A stretch of DNA of 64,000 nucleotides from an uncultured Verrucomicrobiae bacterium (GCA_963769025.1 CAVYKI010000006.1:608001-672000); one strand, 5' to 3'. Positions 33,385 to 44,387 are shown, counted from the first letter of the stretch. The notes: generated from the letters alone by a model not told the origin. Numbers and translations: made by a program.

Positions 33385-34064
33385 ACCCAAATATCAATGG
33401 CGCATCGAAGCGGCTGCTCGTGGTGGACGCCCATCCGATCGTGCGATACGGCATCCGGCACATGTTCGAGCAAGTCCCCGAGGTGACGGTCTGTGGCGAG
33501 GCCGAAAATGGACGGTCGGCGCTCGAGGCTATGCGGGCTTTGAATCCGGATCTCGTGCTGATGGAAGTCGCGATGCCAGGAATGAACGGCATCGAACTCA
33601 TAAAGCTCATGCTCTCTGAACGCCCGCTGCTGAAGATACTGATGCTCTCGAACCACGATGAGTCCCTGTATGCCCTCCGGGCCCTCCGCGCGGGGGCAAA
33701 AGGCTATCTTACCAAGGCGCAACCCCTCGAACATATCGGCGACGCCCTCCGCAGCATCATCGAAGGTGCTACCTACGTGAGCCGTGAGTTCAGTGAGAGG
33801 CTGGTGTTCAAAGCCGTGCAGGGGAGCGAGAGCGATCTGGGCACTCCGGTGGACAAACTCTCGGACCGCGAACTCGAGGTCCTCCAACTGCTCGGGTGCG
33901 GGAAAACGACGCGGGAGATCGCTGCCGAACTCCATGTGAGCGTAAAAACGATCGAGACCCATCGAGCACACATCAAGGAGAAGCTGGGCTTCAAGGATGC
34001 AAAGGAATTGGTGCGCTTCGCGACCGAATGGAGGGCCTCTGGCGAGGGTGTGAACGGCGGCTGA
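33381..34064 (+). CDS. NarL/LuxR-family response regulator with atypical receiver
   Basis: LSDRELEVL..VSVKTIETHRAHIKEKLG; receiver reads DAH and MEVAMPG. Confidence 0.92.
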   Translation: MNPNINGASKRLLVVDAHPIVRYGIRHMFEQVPEVTVCGEAENGRSALEAMRALNPDLVLMEVAMPGMNGIELIKLMLSERPLLKILMLSNHDESLYALRALRAGAKGYLTKAQPLEHIGDALRSIIEGATYVSREFSERLVFKAVQGSESDLGTPVDKLSDRELEVLQLLGCGKTTREIAAELHVSVKTIETHRAHIKEKLGFKDAKELVRFATEWRASGEGVNGG

Positions 34065-34145
34065 AACTCGCAGCGGGTTCCGCTTTTCCGAATTCCAGGT
34101 TCCGATGCTCCCGCGCGGAGACCGATCAAGGCTGCGTTCCGGCAG

Positions 34146-36197
34146 TCATCCTGCGGGATTTTCATCGCGATTCTCCGTCACCCGCCGGATTGCTGCGATG
34201 AGCAGCGGGACTTCGATGGGCTTTACCAAGTGCTCGCTGAAACCCGCCATGCGGCTGCGGCGCACGTCCTCATCCATTCCGTAGCCGCTCATCGCGATGC
34301 AGGGGATGGCGCGGGTCGCCCGGATGCGCTGTATCAGTTCACACCCGCTCCCATCGGGCAGGCCGAGATCGCTCACTACCACATCAAAGTGTGCCTGCTC
34401 GGCGATGGCGAGAGCGTCGGCGACACTGCTGGCTCCGGTGACAAGGCAGCCGGCAGCGCGCAGGAGCCGGGTGAGCGTGCGAGCGGTGTCGGCGTGATCC
34501 TCCACCAGGAGCAGCCGGATGACTCCCGGGCGGCCCGCGGCCTCGGCCAATTCAGGCGGCAGACTTGCGGCAGTGGCATTGAGACCCGGGAGTTCGATGA
34601 CAAACGTCGCGCCGTGGCCCGGGCCGTCGCTTTCGGCGCGAATCGTGCCGCCTTGCAATTCGACCAGCGCACGGGAGATGGCGAGGCCGAGGCCCATCCC
34701 GCCGAAGCGTCGGGTGACACTGCCGTCGCCCTGCTCGAAGGCCTCGAAGATGCGTGGTAACGCATCGGGCGGTATTCCGATTCCCGTGTCGCTCACGCGT
34801 ACTTCGCGGCGATCGTCGAGAAGCGCCGTGCTCACGCGGACGATGCCATCAGCGGGCGTGAACTTGACCGCGTTTTTGAGCACGTTCCAAAGCACCTGCT
34901 GGAGGCGGGCTGGGTCGGCCGCGACGAAACCGACTTCACCGGAAAATTGGGTTTCGAGGCGTACGTTTTGTTCGAGGAGCTGCTGGTGGCAGATGCCGCA
35001 GACACTGCGGATTGCGGCATTCAGATCGACGGCTTCAGTTTTCAATTCGATTTTCCCGCTGGCGATGCGGTTGAGATCCAGCAGGTCATCGATGAGCTTC
35101 GTCTCCAACTCGACGTTGCGCTTGATCATGATGATGTCTTCGCGCACGTCGGGCCGCAGGCCGGGATCGTGCTCCAGCGCACCTACGGCCATGAGAACGG
35201 GCGTAAGCGGGGTTCTCAATTCGTGGCTGAGCACGGCGAGGAAGCGGTCCTTCGCCTGGTTCGCAGTTTCCGCGAGGTTCTTGGCCGCATGTAGCGCCTC
35301 CTCGGCGCGCTTTCTCTCGGTGATATCCCCGAAATAAACCGAGAGCCCGTCCTCCGATGGATAGCAGCGGCATTCGATCCACCGCGCGATGGGATCCGGG
35401 TAGAATTCCTCGAAATGGAGCGGTTGCCGGGTCTCCACGGCCCGGTGGAATTCCGCGAAGAACTTCCTCTCTTTCGCGCCCGAAAAAACATCCCACACGC
35501 ACCCGCCGATCATGTCTTCGGGACTCACGCCGAGCAATTGCGCTCCTTGCTTGCTGAAATAGGAAAAGCGCCACTCCTTGTCCATGACTGCGAGCCCATC
35601 GGTGATGCTGCCGAGCACGGTCTGCAGTCTGAGGTGGGCCTTGGCCAACGCCTCATCCGCGAGCTTGCGCCCGGTGATGTCGCGGATGGCGGCGAGCCTG
35701 CCCACTGACTGGCCGGCGGTGTCCCGCAGCACGCTGACACTGGACTCCACATGCAAACGGCGACCATCCCGCCGGATGTGGATGCTTTCCCCCCGCCATT
35801 CGCCGTGTTCGCGCAACGCGTCGGTCGCAGCGGCCTCGTCCTCAGCGCGCAGCCAGCGGGTTTCGTGGATCCTCGCCACGTGGCGGCCGAGGACTTCGGA
35901 AGCTGTCACACCGTATTGCCGTTCGGCGGCGGCATTAAGGAAGGTCACGCGTTTGTCGTCATCCACTACGATGACGGCATCGCTGACCTGTGCGAGGATC
36001 TCGCCGCGGAACCGGTTCGATTCTGCGTCCACGCCCTGGAGCGTGAAGACCCGCGGGCCCGACTCGCCGTCGATGACGAGCGCATCCACCTCGCCGCAGC
36101 GGATGGCGCGCAAAGCCTCCTCCGCCTCTTCCAAGCGCGCGCGCAACTCCGCGTTCTCGGCGAGAAGCGATTGGTCGGGGGTGGCGTTTGCGGCCAT
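34146..36197 (-). CDS. PAS-PAS hybrid sensor histidine kinase with receiver
   Basis: SHELRTPL, NAVKFT, DTGIG, GMGLGL, SDLGLPD. Confidence 0.95.
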   Translation of the reverse strand: MAANATPDQSLLAENAELRARLEEAEEALRAIRCGEVDALVIDGESGPRVFTLQGVDAESNRFRGEILAQVSDAVIVVDDDKRVTFLNAAAERQYGVTASEVLGRHVARIHETRWLRAEDEAAATDALREHGEWRGESIHIRRDGRRLHVESSVSVLRDTAGQSVGRLAAIRDITGRKLADEALAKAHLRLQTVLGSITDGLAVMDKEWRFSYFSKQGAQLLGVSPEDMIGGCVWDVFSGAKERKFFAEFHRAVETRQPLHFEEFYPDPIARWIECRCYPSEDGLSVYFGDITERKRAEEALHAAKNLAETANQAKDRFLAVLSHELRTPLTPVLMAVGALEHDPGLRPDVREDIIMIKRNVELETKLIDDLLDLNRIASGKIELKTEAVDLNAAIRSVCGICHQQLLEQNVRLETQFSGEVGFVAADPARLQQVLWNVLKNAVKFTPADGIVRVSTALLDDRREVRVSDTGIGIPPDALPRIFEAFEQGDGSVTRRFGGMGLGLAISRALVELQGGTIRAESDGPGHGATFVIELPGLNATAASLPPELAEAAGRPGVIRLLLVEDHADTARTLTRLLRAAGCLVTGASSVADALAIAEQAHFDVVVSDLGLPDGSGCELIQRIRATRAIPCIAMSGYGMDEDVRRSRMAGFSEHLVKPIEVPLLIAAIRRVTENRDENPAG

Positions 36198-36229
36198 GGC
36201 GGTTCGGCGGATTTCGACGACGGAATTAT

Positions 36230-36592
36230 TTACTGAGGCCTGTCCTTGGCGGCCTTGCGAAGATCGAGCCCGAGGAGAATGCGTTCAGTCTGCGACATGT
36301 CTCCAATGAAGCGCCGCAGTGGAAGCGGCAGTTTTTTGATCAGGGTTGGGGCGGCGAGGATCTGTTCGCCTTTTGCCAGCGCGGGCTTTTTGGAGATGTC
36401 CACGACCTCGAGTTCGTAGCGGCCTTCCAGATATTCCTCGCAAATCTTGCGGATGTTCACGATCGCCTTTGCGGAATGTGCCGTCATGCCAGTGATGTAG
36501 AGCAGCAACACGTAGCGCGAAGTGTCCTGCGCGACTGCGGCGGCCTCAAAGTCGGCGACGGCGCCCGGATCGCTGGCGGTCCTTTTCATCAC
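36230..36592 (-). CDS. kaiB: KaiB-family protein
   Basis: [35 protein letters not shown]. Confidence 0.92.
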   Translation of the reverse strand: MMKRTASDPGAVADFEAAAVAQDTSRYVLLLYITGMTAHSAKAIVNIRKICEEYLEGRYELEVVDISKKPALAKGEQILAAPTLIKKLPLPLRRFIGDMSQTERILLGLDLRKAAKDRPQ

Positions 36593-36921
36593 TCCCTGTC
36601 CTTCAACGGCTGAAGGTTCAGGCCAACGAGTACCCGTTCCTCATTGGACAGGTCCCCGATGATCTTTTTGATCGGTTCGGGCAGCCGGCGCACGAGGGTG
36701 GGGACGGCGAGGATTTGATCGCCCGCTGCGAGTTGGGGTGTTTTCAGGAGGTCGATGACTTCGATGCGATACTTGCCGGCAAGGTGCGTTTCGCAGATGC
36801 GCTTGAGGTTCTTGAACGCCGCGAGCGATTTCGGAGTCTGTCCTGCGACGTAGAGCCGCAGCTCGATCTGCGATGGCATGGCCGCGGCCGCTCGTTTCAT
36901 TTTGGAGGGGGTGTCGATCAT
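36589..36921 (-). CDS. kaiB: KaiB-family protein
   Basis: [35 protein letters not shown]. Confidence 0.93.
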   Translation of the reverse strand: MIDTPSKMKRAAAAMPSQIELRLYVAGQTPKSLAAFKNLKRICETHLAGKYRIEVIDLLKTPQLAAGDQILAVPTLVRRLPEPIKKIIGDLSNEERVLVGLNLQPLKDRE

Positions 36922-38663
36922 GGTTTTCCGTTGGTTCGTCGTTTGCCGTCCATTGCCCCGCCGCGCAAGCGGGCCATGGCTTCGGTGTTTTTCTGCTCGG
37001 CTTCTTCCTCCACGGCCTCCCGTGCGGTTGCGAGGGAGACATCGAGCGATCCCGCCTCCACTTCGGCCTGCAACGCCGCGATCTGTGCTTCGATTGCCTT
37101 CCGCTTTCCGGCGAACTGGCGCAACATCCGTTCGTGCTCCTGCCGGCGCAGGTCTGCAGCGGCGCGCTCCCGGCCTTGCTGCACGACACGTGCGGTGCCA
37201 GTGAGCACCCGGTCCGCGCCGAGGTAGACATCCACGAGGTCGATGCCCTTGTCCGTCAGGACGAACTCCCGCACTTGATTCGAGTGGGCCATGCCGCGCG
37301 CCTTCAGGACGTAAATGGTGCGGTTGCGCTCGCCATTGGTTTCCACGTTCCGCAGCAGCAGCCAAGCATCCATGAGGGACGACACACCCACCTGCGAATC
37401 CTCAGGCGAAGCCGTCGCGCCGCCTCCGGTTGTCAGGCTGGTAAAAAGCGCGGTGATCTGCTGCTGCTTCAGAAAATCGATCAGCCGCATGAGCGTCGGC
37501 TTCACCTCCCATTCGCTGCGCTCGAGCGTGAGATTGCTGATCGGATCGACCGCGACCACGCTCGGGCGGAACGCGCGCACCGTGTCGTGCATCATGACGA
37601 GATGCTGCTCCAGCCCGTGCATCGTCGGGCGGGATGAATGAATCTGGAGAAGTCCCTTTTTCACCCACCGGGCGAGGTCGATGCCGATGGCGCTCATGTT
37701 GCGGATGATCTGCGCGCTGGACTCCTCGTAGGCAAAAAGGAGCGCCCGCTCGCCGCGCTTGCATGCGGTTTCCACGAACTTTGCGGCGATACTGCTTTTG
37801 CCGGTGCCGGGGGAACCGGAGATGAGCATGCTGCTCCCGCGGAAGATGCCCTTGCCGCCGAGCATCTCATCGAGCCGTGCGATTCCGGTGGGGATGCGCT
37901 CCGCCGGGGCTTTGTGATCGAGCTGAAGCGAAGTGATGGGCAGCACCGAGAGGCCGCGCTCACCGATGAGGAAAGGGTACTCATTCGTGCCGTGCGCGGT
38001 TCCGCGATACTTCAGCACCCGCAGGCGTCGGGTGGAAATTTGCTCCTGAAGCCGCTGGTCGAGGACGATCACACAATCGGCCACATACTCCTCCAGCCCG
38101 AATCGCGTGAGCGAAGCCTCACCCTTTTCGCAAGTAATGACTGCCGTCATGCCCCGGTCCTTCAGCCAGCGGAAGAGCCGCCGCAATTCCGCACGGAGGA
38201 TGCCGTGGTTCGGAAGTCCGGAAAAAAGCGCCTCGAGAGTGTCGAGGACCACGCGTTTTGCGCCGATGGAATCAATGGCATGCGCGAGGCGGACGAAGAG
38301 ACCTTCAAGATCGTATTCGCCGGTCTCCTCGATCTCGCTGCGCTCGACGTGAACGTGGTCGAGGACGATCTTTTTCCGGGCAACGAGCTTGTCGAGGTCG
38401 AAACCGAGCGAGCGGACATTGGCGGTCAGTTCCGCGGCGCTTTCCTCGAACATCATGAATACACCCGGCTGGCCAAACTCCGTCGCGCCGCGGATGAGGA
38501 ATTCCATCGCGAGCATCGTCTTTCCGCTCCCGGCGCTCCCGCAGACCAGCGTGGGACGGCCTTTTGGCAGTCCGCCGCGGGTGATTTCATCGAGGCCCAC
38601 GATGCCTGTCGGCGCCTTTGGAAGGGTGGGGGGCTTATGCATTGTCTGTTTCTTGCCTTTCAT
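36918..38663 (-). CDS. kaiC: double-domain KaiC-family ATPase/autokinase
   Basis: Two Walker A motifs GSAGSGKT and [18 protein letters not shown] and KARG; SS at the phosphosite position. Confidence 0.95.
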   Translation of the reverse strand: MKGKKQTMHKPPTLPKAPTGIVGLDEITRGGLPKGRPTLVCGSAGSGKTMLAMEFLIRGATEFGQPGVFMMFEESAAELTANVRSLGFDLDKLVARKKIVLDHVHVERSEIEETGEYDLEGLFVRLAHAIDSIGAKRVVLDTLEALFSGLPNHGILRAELRRLFRWLKDRGMTAVITCEKGEASLTRFGLEEYVADCVIVLDQRLQEQISTRRLRVLKYRGTAHGTNEYPFLIGERGLSVLPITSLQLDHKAPAERIPTGIARLDEMLGGKGIFRGSSMLISGSPGTGKSSIAAKFVETACKRGERALLFAYEESSAQIIRNMSAIGIDLARWVKKGLLQIHSSRPTMHGLEQHLVMMHDTVRAFRPSVVAVDPISNLTLERSEWEVKPTLMRLIDFLKQQQITALFTSLTTGGGATASPEDSQVGVSSLMDAWLLLRNVETNGERNRTIYVLKARGMAHSNQVREFVLTDKGIDLVDVYLGADRVLTGTARVVQQGRERAAADLRRQEHERMLRQFAGKRKAIEAQIAALQAEVEAGSLDVSLATAREAVEEEAEQKNTEAMARLRGGAMDGKRRTNGKP

Positions 38664-38979
38664 ATCGTGCTCGCTGGGAAATCGGTCGTCTCGGGGTTGG
38701 GGGCACCGTTGTTTGTGATTCGCCGGATCGCTGCGATGAGCTGGGAGACTTCGATCGGTTTTAGGAGATGCTCGGGAAAGCCAGCCTCCCGGCTCCGGTG
38801 AATGTCCTCATCCATTCCATAGCCGCTCACGGGATCTCCGCAATTCCAAATCGAACGGTTTGCGCCCGATGGCTGCCACGGCGGATGCCACGGCGGATGC
38901 GATGCCGACGATGCGACCCACCTTTTGCAGCAGGCGGCTGAGCTTGCGGGGCGCGGCCGGGGCGTCGTCGTTCCGCAGT

Positions 38980-39405
38980 TCAGTCCGGCAGTTGAGTTGG
39001 AGCGCGACCTTCATCTCCCGGCGCCCACGTAAAGTGACAGGAGGTGCAGTAGAACTGCCGTTCGGCGAGTCCGAGGGCCGCGGCCGCCGCGGGAATGAAC
39101 GCCCCAACGATGGTGTTTCGCGAGAACTGCGGAAACTCCACCTGGGTGGAATTGCAGGAGGGACACTTGATGGCGAACTGAAGCCCCGAAGCCGCGGCGT
39201 CCATGGCGTGCAAGCGCGCCAAAGCTGCGTCCAGCTTGTCGGGAGGGACCAAGACATGCCATTGTCCGTGGGGGTGAGGATTGCAGAATCGGAGCAGTTG
39301 TTCAGCCGCATCGTTGTCTGTGATGGCGCCGAACCCTTCCTCGCAAAGCATGCGGGCGAGCTTCTCGGCAGGCGCGGAATCGTCGAAAGAGGCGATCGGA
39401 GTCAT
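38980..39405 (-). CDS. hypothetical protein with CxxC..CxxC zinc ribbon
   Basis: KCPSCNS ... YCTSCHFTW. Confidence 0.65.
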   Translation of the reverse strand: MTPIASFDDSAPAEKLARMLCEEGFGAITDNDAAEQLLRFCNPHPHGQWHVLVPPDKLDAALARLHAMDAAASGLQFAIKCPSCNSTQVEFPQFSRNTIVGAFIPAAAAALGLAERQFYCTSCHFTWAPGDEGRAPTQLPD

Positions 39406-39516
39406 ACCCCTGTTTCGCCCGAATCAGGCGGTTTGGGCGTATGCGAAGTGCGCCGTTCTGCCGGTCTTATCGGGTTCGGGGCGTCCTGATGCGCACTAGA
39501 ACGCGATACCCCGGGC

Positions 39517-40209
39517 ATGAAAACCTCCAGCCGGGACCCTGTATGCGGGATGGATGTGGACAAAGCCACCGCGGTCCGGACAACGCACGACAGGATCACC
39601 TTTTTCTTTTGCAGTGAAAAATGCCGACAGCAGTTTGAGCGTGACCCTGATGAGTTCGCAGGCGCGCCCGACGGCGAGAGAAAGCGAGGTCATGGCGAAA
39701 AGACGCGGCAGGAGGGGAGGGGCACGAAATTTTGGGACTACATCCCCCTCATAGTCGTTGTCGTTCTCACGTTGCTTTCGGCATGCGCGAAACAATACGC
39801 CTACGCTGGAGGATGGTGATGGATGGCATGGATGCACGATTTCATGGGCTTCTTCCTCGTCGTCTTTTCCATGTTCAAGTTCTTCAATATGGAAGGTTTC
39901 GCCGACGGCTTTCAGATGTATGACCTCCTCGCCAAACCCTTTCGTCCGTACGCATATTTTTACCCCTTCATGGAGGCCGCCCTCGGGCTGGGCTATCTCG
40001 CCCACTGGAATCCGACCTTTGTCTATGCGGCCACCGTCGCGGTGATGGTTGTCGGATCGCTCGGGGTCTTCAACGCGCTACGAAAAGGCCTCGATTTGGA
40101 ATGCGCGTGCATGGGGACGGTGCTGCATGTCCCGCTTTCGACCGTGGCCTTGGTGGAAGACCTCGGCATGGCGGCGATGGCTGTCGGAATGCTCATCTTC
40201 GCGCATTGA
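39517..40209 (+). pseudogene. YHS + MauE/DoxX-like membrane protein with in-frame TGA at 39817
   Basis: DPVCGM..FCSEKC (YHS); frame continues GW*WMAWMHDFMG..FQMYDLLA..CACMG. Confidence 0.75.
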
Positions 40210-40441
40210 GACGCCCCACAGCCAGGGCGAAGAACTGCAATCGCGGGCGTCGGCTTTGTGCGGAGCGCCGTATGGAAATCGGGACGTCCACCGGCGACTT
40301 TGGCGGCGATTCATCAGCGACCCACATGAGAAAACATCCCCTCCTTCCGCGCCTCGATCCTCTTGGTCTCAAAACAGGAATCGAACTCGCTGCCGGTGGG
40401 TTGGTGGCTTTGGTCCTGATGCGGTGGCTCGGGATGTAAAT

Positions 40442-40636
40442 ATGAAGCGCATCGAATTCACCATCGCCGGCGAGGACGGCAAGTCCCTCCATGAGCCGGG
40501 ATTCGTGGAAGATTGCACCGAATTGCCCGTGGCAGTGATGCGGGCCATGGAAGATTTTCTGGAAGCCCACAATGGACACCCACACTTGCCAATTACAATC
40601 TTGGTGCGGCGCAGCATCGGAACAGCGACCTGTTGA
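40442..40636 (+). CDS. small hypothetical protein
   Basis: MKRIEFTIAGEDG ORF inside a gene-dense island. Confidence 0.35.
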   Translation: MKRIEFTIAGEDGKSLHEPGFVEDCTELPVAVMRAMEDFLEAHNGHPHLPITILVRRSIGTATC

Positions 40637-40658
40637 AACCCGGAGGGTGCCGCCGTCT

Positions 40659-40961
40659 GTGAAGGAATTCGACATCTACGTGCCGTGCCGGAAAAACGAC
40701 GGAACGCTCGTTGAACTGGCCGATATCGAGTCCATCAAAAGCACTCTCATCAAGACGTTCGGCGGCTTCACCCATCTGCAACAGCGTAACAAGGGTGCTT
40801 GGAAAGTGGGAGGGACTACATTCCACGATGATGTGACCATTCTGCGCGTTTTGGACGACGGTTCCGCCGCTTTTGATATGCGGAAATTCAAGGAAACTCT
40901 CGAACGCACGCTGAAGCAGGACAGCGTTTTGATCGTTGAGCGCGAGGTCAGATGTGTTTGA
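40659..40961 (+). CDS. hypothetical protein
   Basis: GTG start VKEFDIYVP..NDG..FGGFT..LKQDSVLI. Confidence 0.6.
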   Translation: MKEFDIYVPCRKNDGTLVELADIESIKSTLIKTFGGFTHLQQRNKGAWKVGGTTFHDDVTILRVLDDGSAAFDMRKFKETLERTLKQDSVLIVEREVRCV

Positions 40962-40997
40962 GGCGGCTTTTGCCAACCTACGATGCGATGGTCCTAC

Positions 40998-41492
40998 ATG
41001 CGTGAACAGAATCACCCCAACGGGCCAGTGCGACTGAACCGCATCGAGGAAGATCCGAAGAGTGCGTTGCTCGCAAAACTGATGGATTCGGCTTTCGTCG
41101 TTCCAGGGACCAAAATTCGATTCGGGGTGGACGCCCTTATCGGTCTGTTTCCAGGCGTCGGCGACTCGCTGGGTGCCCTTATTTCCACATTCATCATCGC
41201 CCAAGCCTCCCGAATGGGCGTGCCGCGGGTAATTCTGGCGAGGATGGCCATGCACATTCTCATTAACACCGTCGTGGGAGCGGTTCCCATCGTGGGTGAC
41301 ATGTTCTCAATGTTTTATCGTTCCAACCTGAAGAATTACGAGCTGCTACGCCGTTACGCGGGTCAGCGGCGAATTCCGACGGCCCGCGATTGGCTTTTCG
41401 TGCTGGGATTCGCCCTGCTAATGCTCGTGCTCGTGTCGGCGTTCGTCGCGGGTGCTGTCATAATCGCGAAAAAACTGATCGGAAGCTCGTGA
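40998..41492 (+). CDS. DUF4112-family membrane protein
   Basis: MDSAFVVPGTKIRFGVDALIGLFPGVGD, GAVPIVGD. Confidence 0.88.
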   Translation: MREQNHPNGPVRLNRIEEDPKSALLAKLMDSAFVVPGTKIRFGVDALIGLFPGVGDSLGALISTFIIAQASRMGVPRVILARMAMHILINTVVGAVPIVGDMFSMFYRSNLKNYELLRRYAGQRRIPTARDWLFVLGFALLMLVLVSAFVAGAVIIAKKLIGSS

Positions 41493-41556
41493 AGTGGGGG
41501 GCGTAAAATGAGCAAAGCTTCCCGCCGGTCGGGGTGAGAATGATGCGCAAAAATCC

Positions 41557-41892
41557 ATGCACGCAGCCGATGTTGTAGAGCGATTCATTTTGAAGTTTAT
41601 CCCCCCGAAAATGGAACCCGAACAAGCGTGCGAACAACTGGCCGGTGAATTGGAAGATGCCGCCCGTTGGTTGTCAGCAGGTGGGTTGAGCGAAAGGGAA
41701 TTCTGCAACCTTTTATCCATTGTTGGAAAACGGAAGTTGAATGGGTCGGGCTTAAAGCTTGCAGGCTTCCGCGGCGGAGACGGGGGTGTACACTTCACGT
41801 TGAGGACTGCCGCCGATGATCTTTGCATCATCATGGATATGGACCCATGCACTGGCAGGCTGGTCACGCGATCACCGTGCTGGGGAGCGTAA
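41557..41892 (+). CDS. hypothetical protein
   Basis: 111-aa ORF, no recognised motif. Confidence 0.4.
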   Translation: MHAADVVERFILKFIPPKMEPEQACEQLAGELEDAARWLSAGGLSEREFCNLLSIVGKRKLNGSGLKLAGFRGGDGGVHFTLRTAADDLCIIMDMDPCTGRLVTRSPCWGA

Positions 41893-42134
41893 ACTAAATT
41901 TCACAACGAATCAGTCTACGACCCCTCGGACTTGATCGAACACGGCGTTCTTCCCACTCAGTCGGTGCTTTTCGGATAACCGCGGGTTCCCGTAAAGGCC
42001 GCAATCGAGTAAACCAGAAGGGAGGGCTTACTCTCGCGTGTGCGGAACAGCATGAATAGCCACTTAATCATAATGCGCTTGTGTTCAGATCCTATTCGTT
42101 TCGGAAGGAGCGGACGGTTGCTCAGATTTCCATC

Positions 42135-42569
42135 TCAGGATTTCGACTTCATCGCCTGAATTGAGATTCGTGACGGGACCGAGGCAGCTAGCCGCGTCAA
42201 ACGTTCAGAAAAGGCGATGTGGCACCTCGCCGAACAAAAGGAATTGAAAGGCCCCCGCTCGAAACGCCGGTATACGACCTCGTCACTTGTGGGCGAAAGC
42301 GGTTTGCCGCAATTGTCACACGTGGTTTGGCTGTCGAGATGCGCGCCTCTCGCAATGGCGGCGGTGCCGTGGCCCCCAACGCATTGTTGGTGTGGATTGA
42401 GCAAGCGATGCGTTTCATCCGGTGCAGGTTCCCTCTCGGGGTGCACAAGTTTTGCGCTCCTAGTGAAAAGCCGCCAAGCGGCCAAACCGAGCGCTGCTCC
42501 AACCCCGGCAATCGTCCAGAACGGAGATCGGGCTGAAATGGAGTGTGAATGGCCGAAGCGGTTTTTCAT
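42135..42569 (-). CDS. hypothetical protein with TM and CxxC...FCS..C (TRASH-like) motif
   Basis: TCDNCGKP ... FCSARC. Confidence 0.45.
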   Translation of the reverse strand: MKNRFGHSHSISARSPFWTIAGVGAALGLAAWRLFTRSAKLVHPEREPAPDETHRLLNPHQQCVGGHGTAAIARGAHLDSQTTCDNCGKPLSPTSDEVVYRRFERGPFNSFCSARCHIAFSERLTRLAASVPSRISIQAMKSKS

Positions 42570-42821
42570 CTCAACCGGCTATCGGTCTTCAATTCACGGA
42601 TGCGGGTAACGATTTCCTTCTTTTTGCAGAACGCCACCGTGGCGAACGGGGATGGCGGGGTACGACCAGAAATCGGCGGGGGTTTCGGAATCTGGCGCTT
42701 TGGCGGCGGGCAGAACCTTTGAAGAACACACGCCCAAGTTTTGAGCGACGTGCGAACCACCCCCGAGAAAGCGATCCCCCACTCATCCTGAGGATCGCAA
42801 ACCTAAAATCAAAACCATGAA

Positions 42822-44335
42822 CAAAAAAGGCGGTCGCAAGGGTGGGCGCTCGGGAAGCAAGCGGAAGACCAAAGCTTGAACCCGCGATCACTCAGGCAGA
42901 GCGCTCCGACTTCGGGGCTGCAAAATCGGCAACTGCCAGCGCTTATGAGTGGCCGCAGTTTGGGCGGAGGTTGGATGAGGAAAGTTTCATCGGACGAATA
43001 CATCCAAAATCGGGACATTCTGCGTTCGGAGGTTGCTATGAAAAAGTCAACGCAATCCACCAATCCCGAACCCTCTCACGACGAAATTTCCGCACGCGCG
43101 CAGCAGATTTACGAAGAACAGGGCTGCCCATGCGGGAAAGCTGAGGAGCACTGGCGCGAAGCCGAGTGCCAATTGCGGGAGGCGAAGGCCAGTGACGCAG
43201 AGATGGGTGTTGTAGGTGCCCCGGCGCCGACAAAACCCGTGGCGGGCGCTTAACAGACCGGCCAGTTCGAAAACTTCTGCCAGCAACTCTCCGAGCAGAA
43301 GCCCGGAGTCTGCTTCTGGTCCCGCCAAAGCTGCTCAGCCAACACAGGCCGCGGCGCGGTGCGCCTCGGAATCTGTTGAAATGAGCCAACGCCAATTCTT
43401 CCGCCTATTTGGCCGCGAGCTGCGAATTCGTTGTGGATGAAATCACTTCCATCGATATTTCGGGACGCCTTCGCCTCGTGGATGGCGCACAAGGGTCCCA
43501 AAATGGGCGCGGCTCTGGCGTATTACACGGCGTTCTCGCTGGCACCTCTGCTCGTGCTTCTTGCGGGCATTTTAGGATTGGTGATTGATAATGATACGGC
43601 ACGGACAGCGCTTGTGGGTCAGATTCACGACCTCATGGGCGACGAGGGCGGTGCAATGGTCGAAGCGATCCTCCAACGCTCAGCACCGCACGAAAAGGGC
43701 GTATTGGCGACAATCATTGGCTCAGTGGTCTTGCTGTTAGGGGCGTCCGGCGTATTTGTTGAACTGCACGACTCGCTGAACACCATCTGGGAAACCCCGC
43801 CGCGCTCCCGGCCATGGGTTGCATTCATCTGCGAGCGGCTGCTGTCGTTCGCGATGGTGTTCGCCCTTGGCTTCCTCGTGCTGGTGTCGCTCGTCGCGTC
43901 GGCGATCCTCGCAGCGGTAGGTTCCTACGTGAAAGGCTGGGCACCTGGATTCGAGGTGCTCTTGGAAGCCGCCAACTCGCTGGTGTCGTTCGTGGTGGTC
44001 ACGTTGCTGTTCGGGGGACTGTTTCGGTTCCTGCCGGATGTGAAGGTCGCATGGCGCAATGTCTGGGCGGGAGCGGTCATCACGGCGGCGCTCTTCATTC
44101 TCGGAAAATTCCTCATTGGGTTCTACATCGGACGAAGCAGTTTCGCATCGGCGTACGGTGCCGCAGGATCCCTTGTGATCGTCCTGGTGTGGGTTTTCTA
44201 TTCAGCGCAGATTTTCTTTTTCGGCGCGGAATTCACCCGGGCATTCGCACGCACGAACGGAGGCGTTCGAACGGCTCGGCATTCTGACCGCACGACATCC
44301 CTCGCTGCGATGCCTGCAGCACCGGAGGGCAACTT
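42822..44335 (+). repeat. copy 2 of the ~1514-bp direct duplication
   Basis: Matches 31867-33380; ends exactly at the IS left end. Confidence 0.95.
43038..43253 (+). CDS. DUF2934-like small protein (duplicate)
   Basis: Same protein as 32083-32298. Confidence 0.8.
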   Translation: MKKSTQSTNPEPSHDEISARAQQIYEEQGCPCGKAEEHWREAECQLREAKASDAEMGVVGAPAPTKPVAGA

Positions 44336-44387
44336 GAGACCTCTGCGAAAAGCGAGTTTGCGCATGATAGGCAGGCATGAAAGCTAA
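43437..44387 (+). CDS. YihY/BrkB-family protein (duplicate; C-terminus extended into the IS)
   Basis: Same as copy 1 except one M->L change and the IS-derived tail RPLRKASLRMIGRHES. Confidence 0.88.
   Translation: MKSLPSIFRDAFASWMAHKGPKMGAALAYYTAFSLAPLLVLLAGILGLVIDNDTARTALVGQIHDLMGDEGGAMVEAILQRSAPHEKGVLATIIGSVVLLLGASGVFVELHDSLNTIWETPPRSRPWVAFICERLLSFAMVFALGFLVLVSLVASAILAAVGSYVKGWAPGFEVLLEAANSLVSFVVVTLLFGGLFRFLPDVKVAWRNVWAGAVITAALFILGKFLIGFYIGRSSFASAYGAAGSLVIVLVWVFYSAQIFFFGAEFTRAFARTNGGVRTARHSDRTTSLAAMPAAPEGNLRPLRKASLRMIGRHES

Noticed and set aside
39817..39819. Selenocysteine recoding of the TGA
   Set aside because: The position is not in a Cys-type redox motif and no SECIS-like hairpin was evident; a nonsense change or error is simpler.
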